Below, piece after piece: positions 44,621 through 47,104 of a stretch of 47,104 bases of DNA. Under the pieces are notes generated by a model. That model worked only from the letters and a program-made list of their open reading frames with translations. It was not told the DNA's origin and did no database searches. The translations under genes were made by a program, and so were the position numbers. The first letter of the stretch is position 1. Each line of letters opens with the position of its first letter. The stretch covers positions 1 to 47,104 of IMG/VR virus record IMGVR_UViG_3300048865_000016. One strand, given 5' to 3'. This stretch comes from a virus. Taxonomy: Duplodnaviria; Caudoviricetes.

Positions 44621-46516
44621 TCACCTTACCCGGCTTCGAGTTCCGCGTTGCGCTACTGGGCGCTTGGCACCCATTAGCAGTTCAAGATCAAGACCAAAGC
44701 GTTGCTGGCTGATGCGCAGCGCTGCCAGGGCATATACGGCGCAGTCCAGGCCTTCGTTTCGGCGGCCGCCTGCTTCCCAGACGTAAATTCGCTTTCCCCG
44801 TGAGATGCGCAGGATCTTCTTTTCCGCTGTGAGCTGCTTGAGCTCATCCTCGCCACAGATATCGTCATTGGCCGGCAAGTGAATGCACCCTGGCGTTGGC
44901 TTCCAGGGCTGCGAGGGCTGTATCTTCAGCCGGCTATAAAAGAGTTCTTTGGCGTTTTCGGTACCAACCTCGACGAGGTAGACCTTCTTGGCATTGCGTG
45001 CCTTGGGCCAGTTGGCAATGGGCTTGCCAGACTTGTTCGCACCCTTGACCGGGATTACCCATGTATCGCCGTGACGCCGGCACTCTTCGTAGACCTCATC
45101 GGTATAGTGCCCGCCTGAGTCCCAGCACCAACGTTCGACACGCATCTTGTGAGCGTCCACGCGCGTATAGAGCTGATGAATCCTCATCCCAACCTTGCGC
45201 CTGAGCTCTACGCTGGCCGGATCTCCCATCAACACCCACTTGTCGATAAGCCAGGACTCTTCCCCAGCGCCAAAAGCCCAGACCCGGCCCTCATAGCGGT
45301 CGTCCTGGGTATCGATCGAGCCCATGAGAACAAGACCCGGAGCAGGAACCTCCTGGTAAACCTCGCGTCGGCCATACAGGATTTCCCAGTCGAGCTGCTC
45401 GCCCTGCTCCTCTTCCCAGGTCTCCCCAAGGGTCGTGTTGACGAAGGTCTTGAGCTTGATCGGGTCCTTGTACGACTTGAGGAAGTCGAGAACCATCCGA
45501 CCCCAGGTAGTGAGCGGGCTATAAGCTGCCCATATATGCATGCTGATGCTTTCAGGTGTTGGATTTGGATGATCATCCTCATCAAAGAAGTCCAGCCCGT
45601 CCCGCGTCCAGATGCCTGTCAGCTCGCAGATCCAGCGGCCCCTGTCCTGGGCTGCCTGCATCTCGTGGTGACGTACGACGCATCCCGTATGCTCACAGAC
45701 ATACCATGCATCCAGAGGCGCATCCGGATCCCACTTGATGCCATAGTCGCAGTCCTTCCCACCCCATTTGAGGTATTGCTCCTTGCCGCAACAGGGACAA
45801 GGGACATGAAACCGGAAGTAGTGCGGCGACTCCTCAACACTGGACTCAATCTGGCTGGTACCGCGGATCTTGGGTGTCGATCCCCTGATGCTCTTGGGAA
45901 ATGTCGAACCCTCATTACGCTTGTCACCCAGCGAGGTTGGCGAGCCTTCCTTTTCAACATCAGGCTCAAAGCCGTCCAGTTCGTCATAGATGACGGTATC
46001 GACCGACTTTTCCCGGTAGTTCTTTGCTGAAGCGCCACCCAGGCACCAGATCTGTTTGTTATTGGTAAACAGCTTGTACTCAAGAGTGTTGTGCCGGTGC
46101 TTGACTCCATACCACGGCGCCAGCGCCTTTAAGGGCGCCACGTCCCGGATCGTGGGTTCGATCTGGGACTTCATGAAGCCTTCAGCGGCTCCATCAGTGG
46201 GTAGGAAGATCAGCAGGTGCCGGCGCTTGTGCTCGACCTGATACGACATCGTGGCCTTGAGCATCTGGGTGTAACCAACCCGGGCGCTTTTCTGCAGGTT
46301 GAGCGTTCTTACCTCGTCATTGCCCATGATGTTCAGGATGGCTACCTGAAAGGGCAGAGTTTCCCAACGACCCTCCTGATAGGAGGATTCAGAGGACAGA
46401 TAGAAGTTTTCGTTTGCGTATTCGACAGGGGTTTGCGGCGCCGGCTTGGCGAGTGTTTGCAGTCCCTTCTTGATCGCCCCCTGAAACTCAGTCAGTTGCG
46501 TCGGCGAGATATTCAT
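44621..46516 (-). CDS. terL: Terminase large subunit (lambda gpA family)
   Basis: 'KSARVGYT', 'YDELD', 'GSTP', 'NTTLGETW', 'NEGLDC'. Confidence 0.97.
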   Translation of the reverse strand: MNISPTQLTEFQGAIKKGLQTLAKPAPQTPVEYANENFYLSSESSYQEGRWETLPFQVAILNIMGNDEVRTLNLQKSARVGYTQMLKATMSYQVEHKRRHLLIFLPTDGAAEGFMKSQIEPTIRDVAPLKALAPWYGVKHRHNTLEYKLFTNNKQIWCLGGASAKNYREKSVDTVIYDELDGFEPDVEKEGSPTSLGDKRNEGSTFPKSIRGSTPKIRGTSQIESSVEESPHYFRFHVPCPCCGKEQYLKWGGKDCDYGIKWDPDAPLDAWYVCEHTGCVVRHHEMQAAQDRGRWICELTGIWTRDGLDFFDEDDHPNPTPESISMHIWAAYSPLTTWGRMVLDFLKSYKDPIKLKTFVNTTLGETWEEEQGEQLDWEILYGRREVYQEVPAPGLVLMGSIDTQDDRYEGRVWAFGAGEESWLIDKWVLMGDPASVELRRKVGMRIHQLYTRVDAHKMRVERWCWDSGGHYTDEVYEECRRHGDTWVIPVKGANKSGKPIANWPKARNAKKVYLVEVGTENAKELFYSRLKIQPSQPWKPTPGCIHLPANDDICGEDELKQLTAEKKILRISRGKRIYVWEAGGRRNEGLDCAVYALAALRISQQRFGLDLELLMGAKRPVAQRGTRSRVR

Positions 46517-47027
46517 CTATGAACCCAGGCAACAGCTCATCAAGGCCAGCCGCGCGGTTACGTGCTCGCGCCAGCTCACGCTGGATGCTGTCCAGGTGGC
46601 GAACCTCAAGATCTGGGTGTTTGCGTTTAAGGGTCAGCGGCAGCGTGTCCAGGATCGATGCGATTTCTGACGCCAGCTTCGACAGGGCAAAGGTCGCAAA
46701 GTCGACCGGTACACTGCGCTTACGTGTGATTTCGTTCTTGAGCTCCTGAGCATCGGCCTGGGCAGACGTGAGCCTGAGTCGCTCTTTTGCATATTCACGT
46801 TCCAGAGAGAATGATCCGGGTGAATCCCCTTCCTCATCGGCAGGGACTTCCGCTTTCACCCTTCCGTCTGCGCGGTTTCGCAAATAACGGATGTAAGCAA
46901 TTCGGCACTCATCGTAATCAAGGCCTCCGCGGCCTCGAGAGCCAGACAGAATGCCGCTTTCAAGCAGAGACCGGACTTGCCTATCAGTGATGTCCAGGTG
47001 TTCTGCGATCTCTTGCTGCGTTGCCAT
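46488..47027 (-). CDS. terS: Terminase small subunit (Nu1-like)
   Basis: HTH 'TQQEIAEHLDITDRQV' plus coiled coil; overlaps terL. Confidence 0.92.
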   Translation of the reverse strand: MATQQEIAEHLDITDRQVRSLLESGILSGSRGRGGLDYDECRIAYIRYLRNRADGRVKAEVPADEEGDSPGSFSLEREYAKERLRLTSAQADAQELKNEITRKRSVPVDFATFALSKLASEIASILDTLPLTLKRKHPDLEVRHLDSIQRELARARNRAAGLDELLPGFIDEYLADATD

Positions 47028-47103
47028 GGCCTACGACTCGGAAGCGGAAGTACCCTTCCCGAAAAAATTTCATATCCAGTGAAGGATGGAGCCTCGAATT
47101 ACC
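46978..47103 (+). repeat. Terminal direct repeat, copy 2
   Basis: Identical to 1-126. Confidence 0.97.
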
Positions 47104-47104
47104 A

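Larger units (their letters stand above)
1..47104. mobile_element. Complete circular lambdoid phage-plasmid (~46,977 bp)
   Basis: Terminal overlap; full lambda-like head, tail, lysis and immunity gene set; Rep_3 with iterons, ParA/RHH and TA modules; no host chromosomal genes. Confidence 0.92.

Noticed and set aside
45149-46030. Long plus-strand ORFs antisense to structural genes (also 41056-41682, 42039-42668)
   Set aside because: Shadow ORFs of GC-rich coding strands with no recognisable motifs
46978-47104. Biological terminal redundancy or a second terS copy
   Set aside because: The 127-nt length fits a k-mer circular overlap, and gpA-type cos packaging does not produce such repeats

Overview
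This window is a complete circular element of about 46,977 bp (1-126 is repeated at 46978-47103). It is a temperate lambda-like siphophage that also carries a plasmid maintenance kit, i.e. a phage-plasmid; a Pseudomonas-type host is inferred from gene content. The lambdoid backbone is on the minus strand: cos, TerS/TerL, gpW, portal, S49 protease, decoration protein, capsid E, tail tube, frameshifted tail chaperones, tape measure, tail tip and fibres, GH108 endolysin and spanins. It also has a cI/cro switch, O/P-like replication, Q and holins. Between 12.9 and 24.7 kb lies a plasmid/accessory island with ParA plus an RHH adaptor, a Rep_3 initiator with four 22-bp iterons, a complete C4 antisense RNA circuit, VapBC, a tyrosine recombinase and several candidate defence or anti-defence genes. 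The most unusual signals are non-coding: (i) a phased array of three different iteron-like motifs at 18.5-19.1 kb, only one of which matches the element's own origin; (ii) six 11-bp-periodic centromere-like arrays at the borders of the accessory cassettes; (iii) a C4 RNA switch placed upstream of the plasmid origin and rep. All protein calls come from motif recognition by eye; no database searches were run.
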